Source: Octopus bimaculoides (Eukaryota). Taken from it: a DNA stretch of 36,597 nucleotides. Every line of letters begins with the position of its first letter. Within the stretch, counting starts at the first letter, position 1. The position numbers were made by a program, and so were the translations under genes. The stretch lies in contig NC_068981.1 in the NCBI RefSeq assembly GCF_001194135.2, forward strand, positions 100,269,331-100,305,927. The letters run 5' to 3'. The notes under the pieces are model-generated. The model was not told the DNA's origin, searched no databases, and saw nothing but the letters and a program-made list of their open reading frames with translations. This document shows positions 12,874-25,127 of the stretch, in pieces.

Positions 12874-13420
12874 GGCATAGTCATGACTGTGTGGTAAGAA
12901 GCTCACTTCCCAACTGTATGGTCCAGTTCAGTTCCACCATGTTGTACCTTGGGCAAGTGTCTTCTACTATACCCTCAGGCAGATCAAAGCCTTGTGGGTG
13001 GATCTAGTTGATGGAAACTGAAAGAAACCCATTATATATTTATGTGGGATTCTCACATCGATTTTGATGTACAAGGGCCTAGAGGCTTAGTGTATTTATT
13101 TTTACTTGTATTTGTGTCTCTGATACAACTTTAATCCAGCTAAAGATTTGCAAGGTTGTCCACTCTGAGGATAGGACATATATGCATGCATGTGTGTGTG
13201 TTTTGTGTATGTTTGTGTCTTTGTTTGTCCCACACCACCACTTGACAACTGATGTTGGTGCATCTATGATCCAGTTACTTAGTGGTTCAGCAAAAGAGAC
13301 CGATGGAATAAGTACCAGCTTTTAAAAGGTAAATACTGGGGGTCAGTTTGTTTTACTAATAATTCTTCAAGACGGTGTCCCAGCATGGCTGCAGTCTAAT
13401 GACTGAAACAAGTAAAAGAT
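12874..13420 (+). mobile_element. Composite SINE with ~150 bp of unrelated sequence inside its internal microsatellite
   Basis: Head 12874-13035 with CORE-like accttgggcaagtgtcttctactat; unrelated sequence ~13043-13177; then (TG)n and the tail ending aatgactgaaacaagtaaaaga. Confidence 0.8.
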
Positions 13421-15748
13421 TGTTGTTATTGTATCAGGACAACAAATCATAGAAACGAAATTCCTTAAGGTATTTAACTGAGATCAGACTCACTCTTCAC
13501 TGCATCTAGGTCTAATAAAATAAGTATAAGCCAAGTACTAGAGTTGATAAATTGACTATACACCCTTCACCCAAAATGCATTAACATATGTCGATATTAA
13601 AGATTAACATTATTGTTATCATCTCTATCATCATCATTCACAGCAGCAGCAGTATCACCCGCATCCTCATATTGCTCTGTTACATCTAACAATATTACAT
13701 TTTCACAAGTTTCATGTGGAGGAAGCAAGGAGGAAGAAATGACATCAATTCAAGAAACAGTTGGTTCAAAACAGTCTCTTTCTCGCATGTGTGTTGTGAG
13801 GGATGGATGTCTATTGGGAACAATCTACAGGTAGTAGTTCTTTCTGACCAGAGCTTTGATGGACACGCGTGGATACTACTGTGAAGTTCTGCTGGTTCCC
13901 ATGACCTGACACTTGGGGTCCGTTGCCAATTGCATCTTGAAGTAAGTGCAACCTTTATTTGTACCTTACAACTACATTTCAATACACTAGACATTATTTA
14001 TTTAGTTATTTATTCATTCTATAAACTACATGTTAATGTCAGAGTCATGATAGAGACTGACTTTATTTATGTATTCACATATGCTTTCTCTCAGATATTT
14101 TGCATTTTCACAGAATTAGCATGTTGAAAATCTTCTTGTCATAGATATATTCATACATTATAAACACCGGAAGAAGACCCATGCCTTCATTTAGTCTTTA
14201 GTCAATTTAGCGAGGGAGGGGAAGGAGAGGGGCAGTTAGGTGATCCATAACATGCCTGATCATTGTCAAAGCTGTTCAAACCAACTCTTTGACTATATGT
14301 AATAACATCCTAAACTTTAAAGAACATTTAACATCTTGTAACATTTCTATAAAAAGTCAATTTTCTCATCAAAATCTGTTTAAATAACTCAGTCAAATTC
14401 AAAACCTCAACACTTAAATACACTTCATATGAATTAAGAACCCCTTTCCCCACCTCTAGAACTAGTCGACACAATTCTGACATAACTATCATGATTATCA
14501 TTACTGTAATAATTACATTTCTAATAAGAACTTCACAAATATTTTACACATCACAATTCTAACATTACCATTTCAATTTCATGGTTATTTCAATAAAACA
14601 GTTTATCCCATTAACTCAATTCATAGCTTATTAATCAAATTTATTACAATTCTACAACAGACATGCCTTGAAGCCAACTTTCACAATTAGCAAAACGCAT
14701 GAACACAACCACAAAAATCTAAATTTCAACTCACAAAAGTTTCATTCATAGACAAAGAGGTCGCAAAATCTCCTGGAACTAGTAAAAGTTTGGACAGTTT
14801 TGTTTAGTAGCAGATGTATTTCTATTAAATAACATTGTGTATCACCTTTCCTACGGGTCATCACCTTTTCAAACAACCTATCTAATTTACCTAAAGGTTA
14901 ATATTGTCTTTCTCTGCCAAACTTTATTACCAGCTTCATAAATGAATCAAAAATAAACCTTATTATATATAACAAGAGCTTACACAGTTGTGCAACTATT
15001 TTCAAAAGGTAGGCAACTTCTGAAGCAAATAGCAATTGCTCTTAATTACTTTTATCCATGAGATTGGGATTAAACAGACTCACTGGTCACACAAGTAATT
15101 TACTTGGGAAAGAAAGATTTATGGAAAAATTAAGTAAATCAGCCTGATGTTCTATGACTGGAAATACTCAAAGTCATAGTCAAGTGATCACAAGCTCAGA
15201 TCAATTTCTATTGAAATGATGATGAAAACAACTTAAACTACAGCAATTATAAAATGCTCTGAAGCAGCTTTTGTTAACATCAACAAAAGAAAACATTCCT
15301 TCTAGAAATGGATGGAATAACAGAAATTGGAATTACTGAAGCAAGTGGGTGGTTCAAAGAAAGGAAAGCCAAGCCATTTCCATCAGCACAAACCAATGAC
15401 ACTTCTTCATAGTTGCTAAATTTGTAAAAAAAAATGGGATGGTCACAGTAGAATGTCTTTGATTATGGAAATAGTGTTGTAGTTTCTGTTCAAGTAATGC
15501 TAGCTTGGATCTAAACAATAACAACAGAAGATTCCATTCCTAATTAAAATTGTTGTGAGATTAAAATATTGCTCATGTTCATGATTTCAAATATTTCTTC
15601 TACTACAGCTTCATATTTATCTTTACCTGAGTTCACCTGACTGTCAAATTAGATTTCTCTTCTGTCTCACAGATTAGTGGTTTGTGGAAGAGAGGACATA
15701 CATCTAGCTTCAAAAGATAAAAAAAGAAAAGAGAAATCTAGAATTCTA

Positions 15749-15784
15749 TAATAATAATAACAATAATAATAATAATAATAATAA
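15749..15784. repeat. (AAT)n microsatellite
   Basis: Visible directly; abuts the R4/Dong-like fragment. Confidence 0.95.
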
Positions 15785-16672
15785 CTCTGGACCCCTATAA
15801 CAACTGAAGAGGTCACCCAGGCACTGCAAAGATTAAGCAACTGGAAGGCACCTGGGCACGACAAGATCCCCAACTTCTGGTTAAAATATCTGACCGGAAT
15901 GCACAAAAAGCTGGCTGAAAACTTTAACAACATACTAGCAGAGCCAGAGACAATGCCTGAATGGCTCACAAAAGGGAAAACCATCTTAATCCCCAAATCC
16001 ACAGAAACGGAGAAACCACAAAACTATAGACCTATAACCTGTCTCCCTACGATCTACAAAGCCTTCACTGCAATAATATCGCAGAGATTGAGTAAGCACC
16101 TGGAAGATAACCACCTGTTTCCAGAAGAGCAGAAGGGATGCTGCAAGGGCTCATACAACTGTAAAGATCAATTAATGATCAATAAAGCCATAACTGAAGA
16201 CAGCCACAGAAAGAAGAAAGGCCTCAGTATGGCCTGGATCGACTACTGAAAGGCTTTTGACAGTGTTCCCCACAAGTGGATCCTCGAAACACTAGCCATA
16301 AACAAGGTGGCACCAATTATTATAAAATACATAAGACATTCTATGAATAAATGGCAGACAGTGCTACAGCTCCAAACAAAAGAGGGACCTGTGAAAACGA
16401 AAGCCATCCCCATTAGAAGAGGAATATTCCAGGGAGACACGCTCTCTCCACTCCTGTTCTGCTTGGCACTCACACTTTTAACTGACTTGCTAAATAGAAC
16501 TGGATACGGATACAAATGTTACGGCAAAACAATCAGCCACCTTTTATATATGGATGACCTAAAATTATATGCTAGAAATGATAAAGAGCTGGAAACACTA
16601 CTACAGACAGTACATGGATTTACCAAAGAAATAGATATGAAATTTGGATTAGAAAAATGTGAGACGCTATAA
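15785..16672 (+). mobile_element. R4/Dong-like non-LTR retrotransposon, reverse transcriptase fragment (one in-frame stop)
   Basis: A single frame reads WTPITTEEVTQALQRLSNWKAPGHDKIPNFWLK..MPEWLTKGKTILIPK..NYRPITCLPTIYK..AWIDY*KAFDSVPH..RGIFQGDTLSPLLFCLAL..SHLLYMDDLKLYA..FGLEKC. These motifs are typical of R4/Dong RTs. The only stop is TGA at 16247-16249. Confidence 0.85.
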
Positions 16673-17524
16673 AAAAATTATTTTTATTTCATCAATGAAA
16701 TAAATATTAGTATAATAACGAACTGTTGTTAATTTAGCCCAAATCAGCCCTTATCAAAGGTGTCCTGCCCTTTCTTGAGATATCTTTTTCTCCAATATAT
16801 TGTGTCTGTTACTACGTCATTTAGTGTACTCTTTTTTTAAGATAGCAATGCATCATTTGAGAGCGATTTGGCTGCTATATCTGGTAACCAGCAGATCAAA
16901 AGATTATGCAGAGACTCCCTTGTTGGCTCCATATTGTCAAGACACAGATCAATTGACTTAAAAATAGAAGATTGGCCTTTTGCAGAGTTAAAAGAAATCT
17001 TTATGACAATACATGTACAATCCTTCTTTCTTCATTACAACTTTCTCTCTTTTCTTCCCCACCTCACTCTCTTTCTTCACTCTTTCTCTCTTCTCTTCCT
17101 CTCTCACTTTTCCCTTCACCCCTAAGTTCACCTTATATTCCAATATATTCTAGTCTATTCCAGTCTATAAAAATAAATCAATGATATAGTGAGATCAAAT
17201 GACAATAAGTAAGCATAACCACTCCCAGTGATAACAAAAAGCCTCCACACAATCATTCTACCTGCTAAAAATAGAAGCTAAATCACACTATAGCATCCGA
17301 AATGAAGGACACATGGTGACAATGCAATCCCCAATATACAAAAAGGATGAATGTTCAAAGCTGAAACACCTTTGATCGTAGATAACAGTAACAATCCTTC
17401 AAAGCTAAGTATTCTCATATAGACAGTGTGAACTCAAATTAATATACTAGTACAGCAGCTATAATTTGAATGCCATAGCCACTGAGAGTGTCTCTGACTG
17501 GGAAAAATTATATTAGTAAATGTA

Positions 17525-18753
17525 TTAGGTCGTCAAGTATGAAATTTGTAGAAAAGAAAAAAAGCTTGCTAATGTTTTATAAATGCAAAGAATAGTTTTA
17601 TGTATTGAAGTATGCACCCATATTGTCAATACACTTTTGCCATTTCAGCGGTAGCTTGTCCAGCCCGGAACTGTAAAAGCCTGGCAATCTAGAGTCAATA
17701 AAATCTTGGAAGGCTTGTTTTACAGCATCGTCAGAATTAAATTTTTTTCCTATCAAAAAGTTATCCAAATTCTGGAAGAAGTGGTAGTCAGTGGGCGCAA
17801 GATCAGGTGAGTATGGTGGATGATGGAGAACTTCCAACTCCAACTCCTGTAGTTTCGCCGATGTCATTTTTGCAATGTGTGATCTGGCATTGTCTTGCAA
17901 TAAAATAGGAGTGGATCTGTTGACTAATCTAGGCTACTTTTTTGTTAGTTTCTGCATCATTTGGTCTAGTTGGCTACAGTATACTTCAGCCTGTCATTGA
18001 TGAGTCAGGTTTAAGGAAATCATAATGGATCACACCTGCGCCAGACCACCAAACACACACAATCAACTTCTTTTGATGAATTTTGCTTTTGGACTGTGTT
18101 TTGGTGGCTCGTCTTTGTCCAACCATTGTGCTGAATGTTTACGGTTGTTGTACTGGATCCATTTCTCATCACATGTTACAATTTGATTAAAAAATTATCC
18201 ATTTTTGTGATGAGAAAGTAGCATAATGCAGGCTTCCAAACATTGCTATTTCTGATTTTCATTGAGTTCGTGTAGAACACACTTATCCAACTTTTTCACT
18301 TTATCGATTTGAACTAGGTAAGTCAATATTGTTTGCTTGCCAACACCAACAACAATGATAATCTACGGCCACTTTGAGATGGAGCTGACTCAACGGTGGC
18401 TTTCAGTTCGTCATTATCCACCTTTGTTCCCTGTCGATCGCGTTGCTCATTTACAAACCAATTTGATACTGTCTGCTGTGTAATAACATTGGAATGAAAT
18501 ACTTCATTAATATTCCGAGCTGTCTGTGATGCTGTATTTCTAAGAAATTTCTGACTTATCCATCTCTAAACAAAAGTAGCAAAAAACGATTTATGAATAC
18601 TTTATAAAACACAAAATGAGTTAGAATAAAGAAATAGATGTGTCAGCTTTCTAACAAAAAATAAAGATAGTCAAAATATAATAATGGCGCAAAATGAGCA
18701 GCTGTCAAAGTTTACTATACACCCTACTACAAATTTCATACTTGATGACCTAA
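17525..18753 (-). mobile_element. Full-length inactive mariner transposon (cecropia subfamily, Hsmar1-like DD34D)
   Basis: 27-bp TIRs ttaggtc(g/a)tcaagtatgaaatttgtag with one mismatch and TA at both ends (17523-24, 18754-55). The transposase starts MDKSEI at 18563, is frameshifted, and has an intact C-terminal part QDNARSH...HPPYSPDLAPTDYHFF...WQKCIDNMGAYFN (ORF 17598-17900). Confidence 0.95.
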
Positions 18754-19734
18754 TAGTAAAACAAAAAAAATAGCATTATGTAATGTAGAGTTACAGATGC
18801 AGGCATTTCCATATATATATATTTTATTAATACTGTTACCCCAACTACCACTACGAAGTCCCTGCAGTAAATCTACAGATAACAACAGGTAATTGAAACT
18901 GCGCTGGTACTTTACTCATCATCCATTTATACATTTTGTACAATTTCTCCATTATATATATATGTATGTATGTATGTATGTCAGGTTGCTCTTGAAGTGC
19001 TACTGGTACCATGTAGTCCAGTACAACCTGTTACATGGTCGGGTTGTTGGTGACTTAACTGGCAACCCCACCAGGCTTGGTTGGTGAGGTGGGTGCTTGT
19101 TGGACACACTGCAGGACAAAAAATAAGACCCGTCAAAGGGCAGAGAATTACAGCATAGTCAATGGCCATTCAACTATGTGTGTTTATGGAGTGTTTGTTG
19201 TGTGTATTGTATATATTGCATTTTAAACTCTCTCTCTCTCTCTCTGTATTGTATATATTGCATTTCAGCCTCTGTGTGTACATATTGTATATTGTGTTTT
19301 TTAAATTGTATATATTGCATGTCAATCTTATTTTTAATTTTACTCAGTATTTATTTCAATTTTTAATTTGCATTTATTTCTTTTTAGTTTTTGTTTTTTA
19401 AATAAATAAATGAGGGGTGGATAGAGCTCCTCTGTTTACCCAAGCCATGGTAAAGGCAGTCTATCTAGGAGAAAGTAACTCTGAATTTAAATACTTCACT
19501 GCTGTTTTGTAGTTAGCTTTTGGTTGAGCAAAGACTGGGAGAAGGACACTCTGATATAAAACCTGTGACTGCAAATGCACTCGAGGATGTTAACTTGCTC
19601 TTCTTTTTAGATCATGCTTTGTAGTTTAGAGAGTGGGATTAGTTCTGTGCAAAACTTTTCCTCACTTTAAAACGTGTTAGGCACAGGTATTGCTTGGGAG
19701 GAAAAAGAAATGGACATCTTGTATGTGCAAGCCT

Positions 19735-22642
19735 ATGAATAAAGGATGTTGAAATGTTCGAACGTTATTAGACAATGATTGTCTAAAATCTCGTCCAGAG
19801 AGAAGATTCCCAGTTGTTGCAAAAGAATTACAGCGATATGATATGGATGTTGTAGCATTAGCCAAAACAAGAATTCATGGAAAGGGGAATTTCGTAGAGA
19901 AATCTGCTGGATATCATTTATTTTGGAGTGGTAGAGAGGGGACCTAAAAGAGAGAATCAGGAGTAGCATTTATTATCAAAACTACTTTGGTTTCAAAACT
20001 TGAGGAACTACCATGTGATCATTCAGATCATTTGATGTCTTTAAGACTTCCATTAAGAAAAGGTCACTATGCAACACTCATAAGTGCATCTGCTCCAACT
20101 ATGAATTCATCAGAGGATGATAAACTTGCCTTCTATCTATCACTTACAGAGATTATATGCAATATCCCCCATGATGACAAAGTTGTCATTTTGGGTGATT
20201 TTAATGCTTGTGTTGGTGCAGATTGCGAGACTTGGGGTGTCCTAGGAAAGCATGGGGTTGGGAGTTCCAACAGTAATGGTTTGCTACTGTTACAAATATG
20301 CATAGAAATGGATTTGTGTGTCATGAATACAATGTTTCAACTAAAGAATAAGTATAAAATGACATGGATGCACCCTGGCTCTAAGAAATGGCATCTTATA
20401 GATTACATCATCACCAGGAAACAAGATTCTAGGGATTTTGCTATTGTACGAGTGATGCATGGTGCAGAGTGCTGGACTGATCATAGGCTTTTGTGTGCCA
20501 AGGTGAATTTTGTAGTCAAGCCTAAGGTTAGAGCAAATAATGACAAATTACCTAAATGGATTGATGTCAATAAACTTAAGATTCCATCAGTATACAGTGA
20601 GTTTATGAGTGAGATAAATAATTTGTCCTGTGATGGAAGCTGGAAGTCATTCAAAGAAAGAGTGTATGAGATTTGTAGTAGCATTCTTGGCTTTGTTGTA
20701 AAAAAACACCAAGATTGGTTTGACGATAATGATGAAGGAGTTAATCTTATCTTAGAGGAGAAGTGAAAGGCATTTAACATGTTGCAAAATGTTGACATGT
20801 CAGCGAACAGGACAGTGGCTACATATTTCAAGGCAGTAAAAGCAACAATGCAGAGGAAGCTACGGATGATGCAGGAAAATTGGTGGAGTGGTAGATGCGA
20901 TGAAGTCCAAGAAGCCTCAAATGCTAACAATTCCAAACATTTTTTACTTTCTCTTGAAAAAAGTTTATGGACCAGTTTCATCAAAGGTTGCATCACTTTG
21001 GAGCAAGGATGACACAGAATTATAAACAAATCCTAAAGATATTGTTGGGAGATGGAAAGAACATTTTGATGAGTTACTCAATAGACCCACTGAAGTTGAT
21101 CTCTCTTTTCTTGATAATATACCCGGGAGACCAATAAAACATCTTATAGCAGAAGTTCCAAACCTGGCTGAAATAAAAGCAGCAATCAGGAAATTGAATA
21201 ATGGAAAGGCCCCTGGTATGGATGGACTAGGTGCAGAGATATATAAATATGCTGGTGATCATTTTTGTGTAATGTTGATGGATGTGATTCAGAGGGTTTG
21301 GCAAAGTGAAGAGGTTCCTCCAGAATAGCGTGATGCAACTGTGGAGATACTATATAAATCTAAAGGTGGAAAGGATGTCTGTGATAATTATCGTGGCATC
21401 TGTCTGTTAGCTGTGGCTGGAAAGGTCCTCTGTAGGGTAATGCTGGATAGATTGCTTCTGCACATTGCTGATGAGGTTTAGGGTTAGTAGGAGTACTATG
21501 GATATGATATTTTCAGCTAGACAGTTGCAAGAGAAGTGCATCGAACAAGATATGAACTTATACCAGGTTTTCATTTGACCTAACAAAAATGTTTGATTCT
21601 ATCAATAGAATTCCACTTTCGGGGATCCTCAAAAAGCTAGGATGCCCTGAAAAATTTGTGAGAATGCNNNNNNNNNNCAAAAAGCTAGGATGCCCTGAAA
21701 AATTTGTGAGAATGCTGAGACAATTTCATGACAAGATGGAAGTGAGAGTTAATGTTGGAGGTACCTTATCAGATTCAATTTCTATAGAAAATGGTGTAAA
21801 GCAAGGTGATATTCCTGCTCCTACACTGTTTGCTATATATTTTGCAATAGTCTTTCAAATAGCTATTGAAGATTGCCCCGAAGAGGTCTATATAAGATAT
21901 AGGACAACAGGAAAACTGTTCAATCTCAAAAGACTATGTGCCAAAACGAAAGTTCTGCATTCTCACCTTGTTGGGTTTCTGTATGCAGATGATCGTGACC
22001 TGTTGGCACATTCACAGAAAGATATGCCGTACGTGGTGAATGTGATTTCTGCAGCATGTGCAGCATTGGGTTTAACAATCAATCTAAAAAAAACTGTTAT
22101 AATGGACCAGCCCGCTCCCTCTAAAATGTAAGTGGAACCTTTTATAGCTGTGAATGGTCAAAGGTTGGAGACTGTACCTAGATTTATCTATTTAGGAAGT
22201 ACCTTGAGTACTGCTGGTCTTGGTGATGCCATTTCATACAGAATCAGCAGGGCTAGTAGTGATTTTGGTAAACTTGATAGGCGTCTGTGGAGACAACATA
22301 ATATATCTTCACAAATTAAAGTTAAGGTATATAACACATGCGTCCTTCCATCTTTGCTATATGGAAGTGAGGCATGGGCTGTTTACTGTAGGCAGGTAAG
22401 GCAATTAGAACGATTTCATCAATACTGTCTGAGAAATATTTTGGGATAAACTGGAAAATGGCCATTAGTAATGTGGAGGTGCTTGAGAAGAGAGTGGCAG
22501 TAGAAGTATAGAGTCAATGATTTTGAAAAGATGTTTGAGATAGGGGGGACATTTGGTAAGGATGAGTGATGAGCGACTGCCCAAGCAGCTATTGTATGGT
22601 GTGCTGGAAGATGGCAGGAGACCATCACATAAGCCTAAACTA
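19735..22642 (+). mobile_element. Near full-length degenerate RTE-BovB-like LINE ORF2 (APE + RT), C-terminus missing; 5'UTR probably extends upstream to ~19410 or ~19000
   Basis: MNKGC*NVRTLLD..RPERR, SGVAFII, SASAPT, ILGDFNACVG, WHLIDYII, CWTDHRL, NGKAPGMDG, GVKQGDIPAPTLF, FLYADD, GLTINLKKT, FIYLGSTL, LLYGSEAW, GHLVRMSDERLPKQLLYG. Several stops and frameshifts; contains a 10-N gap. Confidence 0.95.
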
Positions 22643-22679
22643 AATCAGGACTGCCATGTTATGTTGCCAAATAATCTTT

Positions 22680-22927
22680 ACTACCTTTGAATTATCAGGC
22701 GACATCCCGTGCTTGAGGAGACCTATTGAGTCAAGTAAATCAAAATCAAAATCAAATTAAGTCACAATCAAATGGAAATTGTAGTTGTGGCCATTACCAG
22801 TGCTGGTGGAGCGCGATAAGCACCATTCATTCATGCGTGCGTCACTGCCAAAGCTGCCTGACTGGCTCCCCGTGCCAGTGACACATAAAAAGCACCATCC
22901 AAACATGGTTGGTAATGATGATGATGA

Positions 22928-22931
<4 letters not shown>
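22680..22931 (+). mobile_element. Fragment of RTE 3'UTR-type repeat with (GAT)n tail
   Basis: gcctgactggctccccgtgccagtgacacataaaaagcacc resembles modules in 330-545 and ends (gat)n. Confidence 0.6.
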
Positions 22932-22958
<27 letters not shown>

Positions 22959-22960
<2 letters not shown>

Positions 22961-23143
22961 CACAAATGTGGCTGTGTGGTAAGAAGCTTGCTTCCCAACC
23001 ACATGCTATCAGGTCCACTCCTACTGTGTGACACTGAGCAAGTATCTTCTACTATAGCCTCCAACCAATCAAGGCCTTGTGAGTGGATTTGGTAGACCGA
23101 AATTGAAAGAAGCCCATTGTGTGTGTGTGTGTGTGTGTGTGTG
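22959..23143 (+). mobile_element. tRNA-derived SINE head + (GT)n
   Basis: gtggctgtgtggtaagaagcttgcttcccaaccac...gagcaagtatcttctactatagcctc...gccttgtgagtggatttggtagac. Confidence 0.85.
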
Positions 23144-23159
23144 TTTCTTTCCTGTTCTT

Positions 23160-23735
23160 TCCTCCAGCTAGGTAACCATATATCTCCTTTACAGCAAAAC
23201 ACTTATTTCTGCCTTCTTTCTTGTTAACTTTCTCTCCCTCTCTCTCTCCTTTTCTTTCTCTCTTTCTCCATCTCTCTCTTTCACTCTCTTTCTCTCTCTC
23301 TCTGGCTGAGTAACCATGTACCTTCTCTACAACAAGACATTTGTTTCTGTCTATCTCTCTGTCATTCTAACCTTTCATCATCTAACACAAGATCACCTCC
23401 TCCCATGCCCCGCTCCCCTCTCAAAGATTCCTTCTCTTGAAAAGTTACTTGGTGACCCTGCTGGTGCTGGTACCACTTAGAAAGTATCCAGACCACACTG
23501 TAAAGGTCATCCAGCTGTCAAAACCACGTCAAAACTGACTGTGCTTGTGCTGGTGCCATGTAGAAAGCATTCAGCTCACTCTGCAAAGCGGTTGGTGTTA
23601 GGAAGGGCATCCAGCAGTAAAACCATGGCAAAACGAACACGGAAGTATTGTGCAGGCTTCTGCCTGGCCAGCCCCTGTCAAACTGTCCAACCCATGGAAG
23701 GAGGACATCAAAAATGATAATGATGATGATGAAGA
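23160..23735 (+). mobile_element. CT-rich repeat ending in RTE-type 3'UTR and (GAT)n (possible long tail of the preceding SINE head)
   Basis: ggttggtgttaggaagggcatccagc...ccaacccatgg...(gat)n matches the 3' part of 265-716. Confidence 0.6.
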
Positions 23736-23749
23736 TGTGTGCAGGTGTG

Positions 23750-23997
23750 TGTATGTGCTACTGCTTCCTTGCCTTGGCTTTGTGTAATAGTTGTAAAACA
23801 AGTGCCACCATCATGCAAGCAGTGTTGTTTATTTCCAGTCTTCTGTGAAACATGTCTGGTCATGGGGAAATAGTACCTTTCTTGGAAATAGGTGAGGGTT
23901 GGTGAAAGGAAAGGCATCCAGTCAGAGAAAATTTGCCTCAGTAAACTCCATTCAACCCATGCAAACATGGAAAAGTAGACATCAAAATGATGATGAA
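23750..23997 (+). mobile_element. SINE tail module with RTE-like 3' end
   Basis: Same module as the reverse complements of 10872-11110 and 25240-25455; ends aacccatgcaaacatggaaaagtagacatcaaaatgatgatga. Confidence 0.7.
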
Positions 23998-24291
23998 TTT
24001 TTAGCTTTGTTAACGTTGCATTGTTGTTGTTGTAATGAGAACAACTTTCATTATCCCTTCAGTATCATTTTGTAGCCACTTCCTTAAGCTGGCTTAAGTT
24101 AGACATGTTAGTTAAATCCACATTCTTGCTGTTCTATGCATATTTACATGCAGACTCACACATGCACATATTGATCCATATCAATATACACACACAAGGC
24201 CAGAATCGCATATGTTAAACTTCTATATCTATATTTTATTCAAGTGAAGGCTTATTAACTTTGCTGTCTGTGAGGCTACCAAAAAAAAAAA

Positions 24292-24336
24292 TTTATATAT
24301 ATATATATACACACACACATACATTTACATATATGT

Positions 24337-24382
<46 letters not shown>
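24292..24382. repeat. (TA)n/(CA)n compound microsatellite
   Basis: Visible directly. Confidence 0.95.
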
Positions 24383-24384
<2 letters not shown>

Positions 24385-24665
24385 TTATTGCTAGATGAAA
24401 ACTATGTGATACATCACATAATTTTCAACTAACAATAACTATGCTCAGACAAACTTCATTCTGTTTCCGCGCAATGTAAAGATCTTTGGGAGATAAAGAG
24501 TAACAAATGGTATTGCTTTAAATGTTTCATTCTCTCACATAAAAAAAAGAGAATAAAGTAGAATAGATGGATTACAATACATTCCAAATTTGTTTATCAC
24601 ACAATGGACTGAGTTGTGTATCCCATATGATTTACAATAAATTGAGATGTATATCAATTGCGATA

Positions 24666-25127
24666 GGGACAGGCGTGGCTATGTGGTAAGAAGCTTGCTT
24701 CCCAACCACATACTTCTGGGTTCAGTCCATCTGTGTGGAACCTTGGGCAAGTGTCTTCTACTATAGCCTCAGACTGATCAAAGTCTTGTGAGTGGATTTG
24801 GTAGATGGAAACTGAAAGAAGCCTATCATGTGTGTGTGTGTGTGCATGCATGTGGACATGTGTGTGCATGTGTGTGTGTGCACGTCTTTGTGTCTGTGTC
24901 TGTCCCACCACCACCACCACCACCACGACAACCAGTTTTGGTGTGTTTGCATCCCCATAATTTAGCAGTTCAGCAAGAGAGACCGAGAGGATAAGAATAA
25001 GTACAGGGCTTAACAAAATATTAAATTCTAGGGTCGATCATTCAATTAAAAATCAAACTCTTCAATGCATTGCCTCAGTATGGCTACGGTCAAATGACTG
25101 AAACAAGTAAAAGATAAAAATAAAAGA
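24666..25127 (+). mobile_element. Complete composite SINE: tRNA head + CORE-like box + internal (GT)n/(CCA)n + aagtaaaaga tail
   Basis: A-box ggctatgtggt, B-box-like gggttcagtcc, accttgggcaagtgtcttctactatagcctc, then the microsatellite and a tail ending aatgactgaaacaagtaaaagataaaaataaaaga. Confidence 0.85.

Noticed and set aside
14140-15200. A/C-skewed stretch with faint CR1/L2 RT-like peptides (KVSFIDKEV, ATIFKR*ATSEANS); NUMT also considered
   Set aside because: The motifs are too short and broken to support either call; it needs an HMM or tblastx search.
19190-19410. Three copies of attgtatatattgcat
   Set aside because: Irregularly spaced motifs in low-complexity AT-rich DNA; not a CRISPR-like or regular array.
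21630-21715. Exact 38-bp direct repeat inside the RTE ORF
   Set aside because: It flanks a 10-N gap (21630-21667 = 21678-21715), a typical unmerged contig overlap rather than biology.
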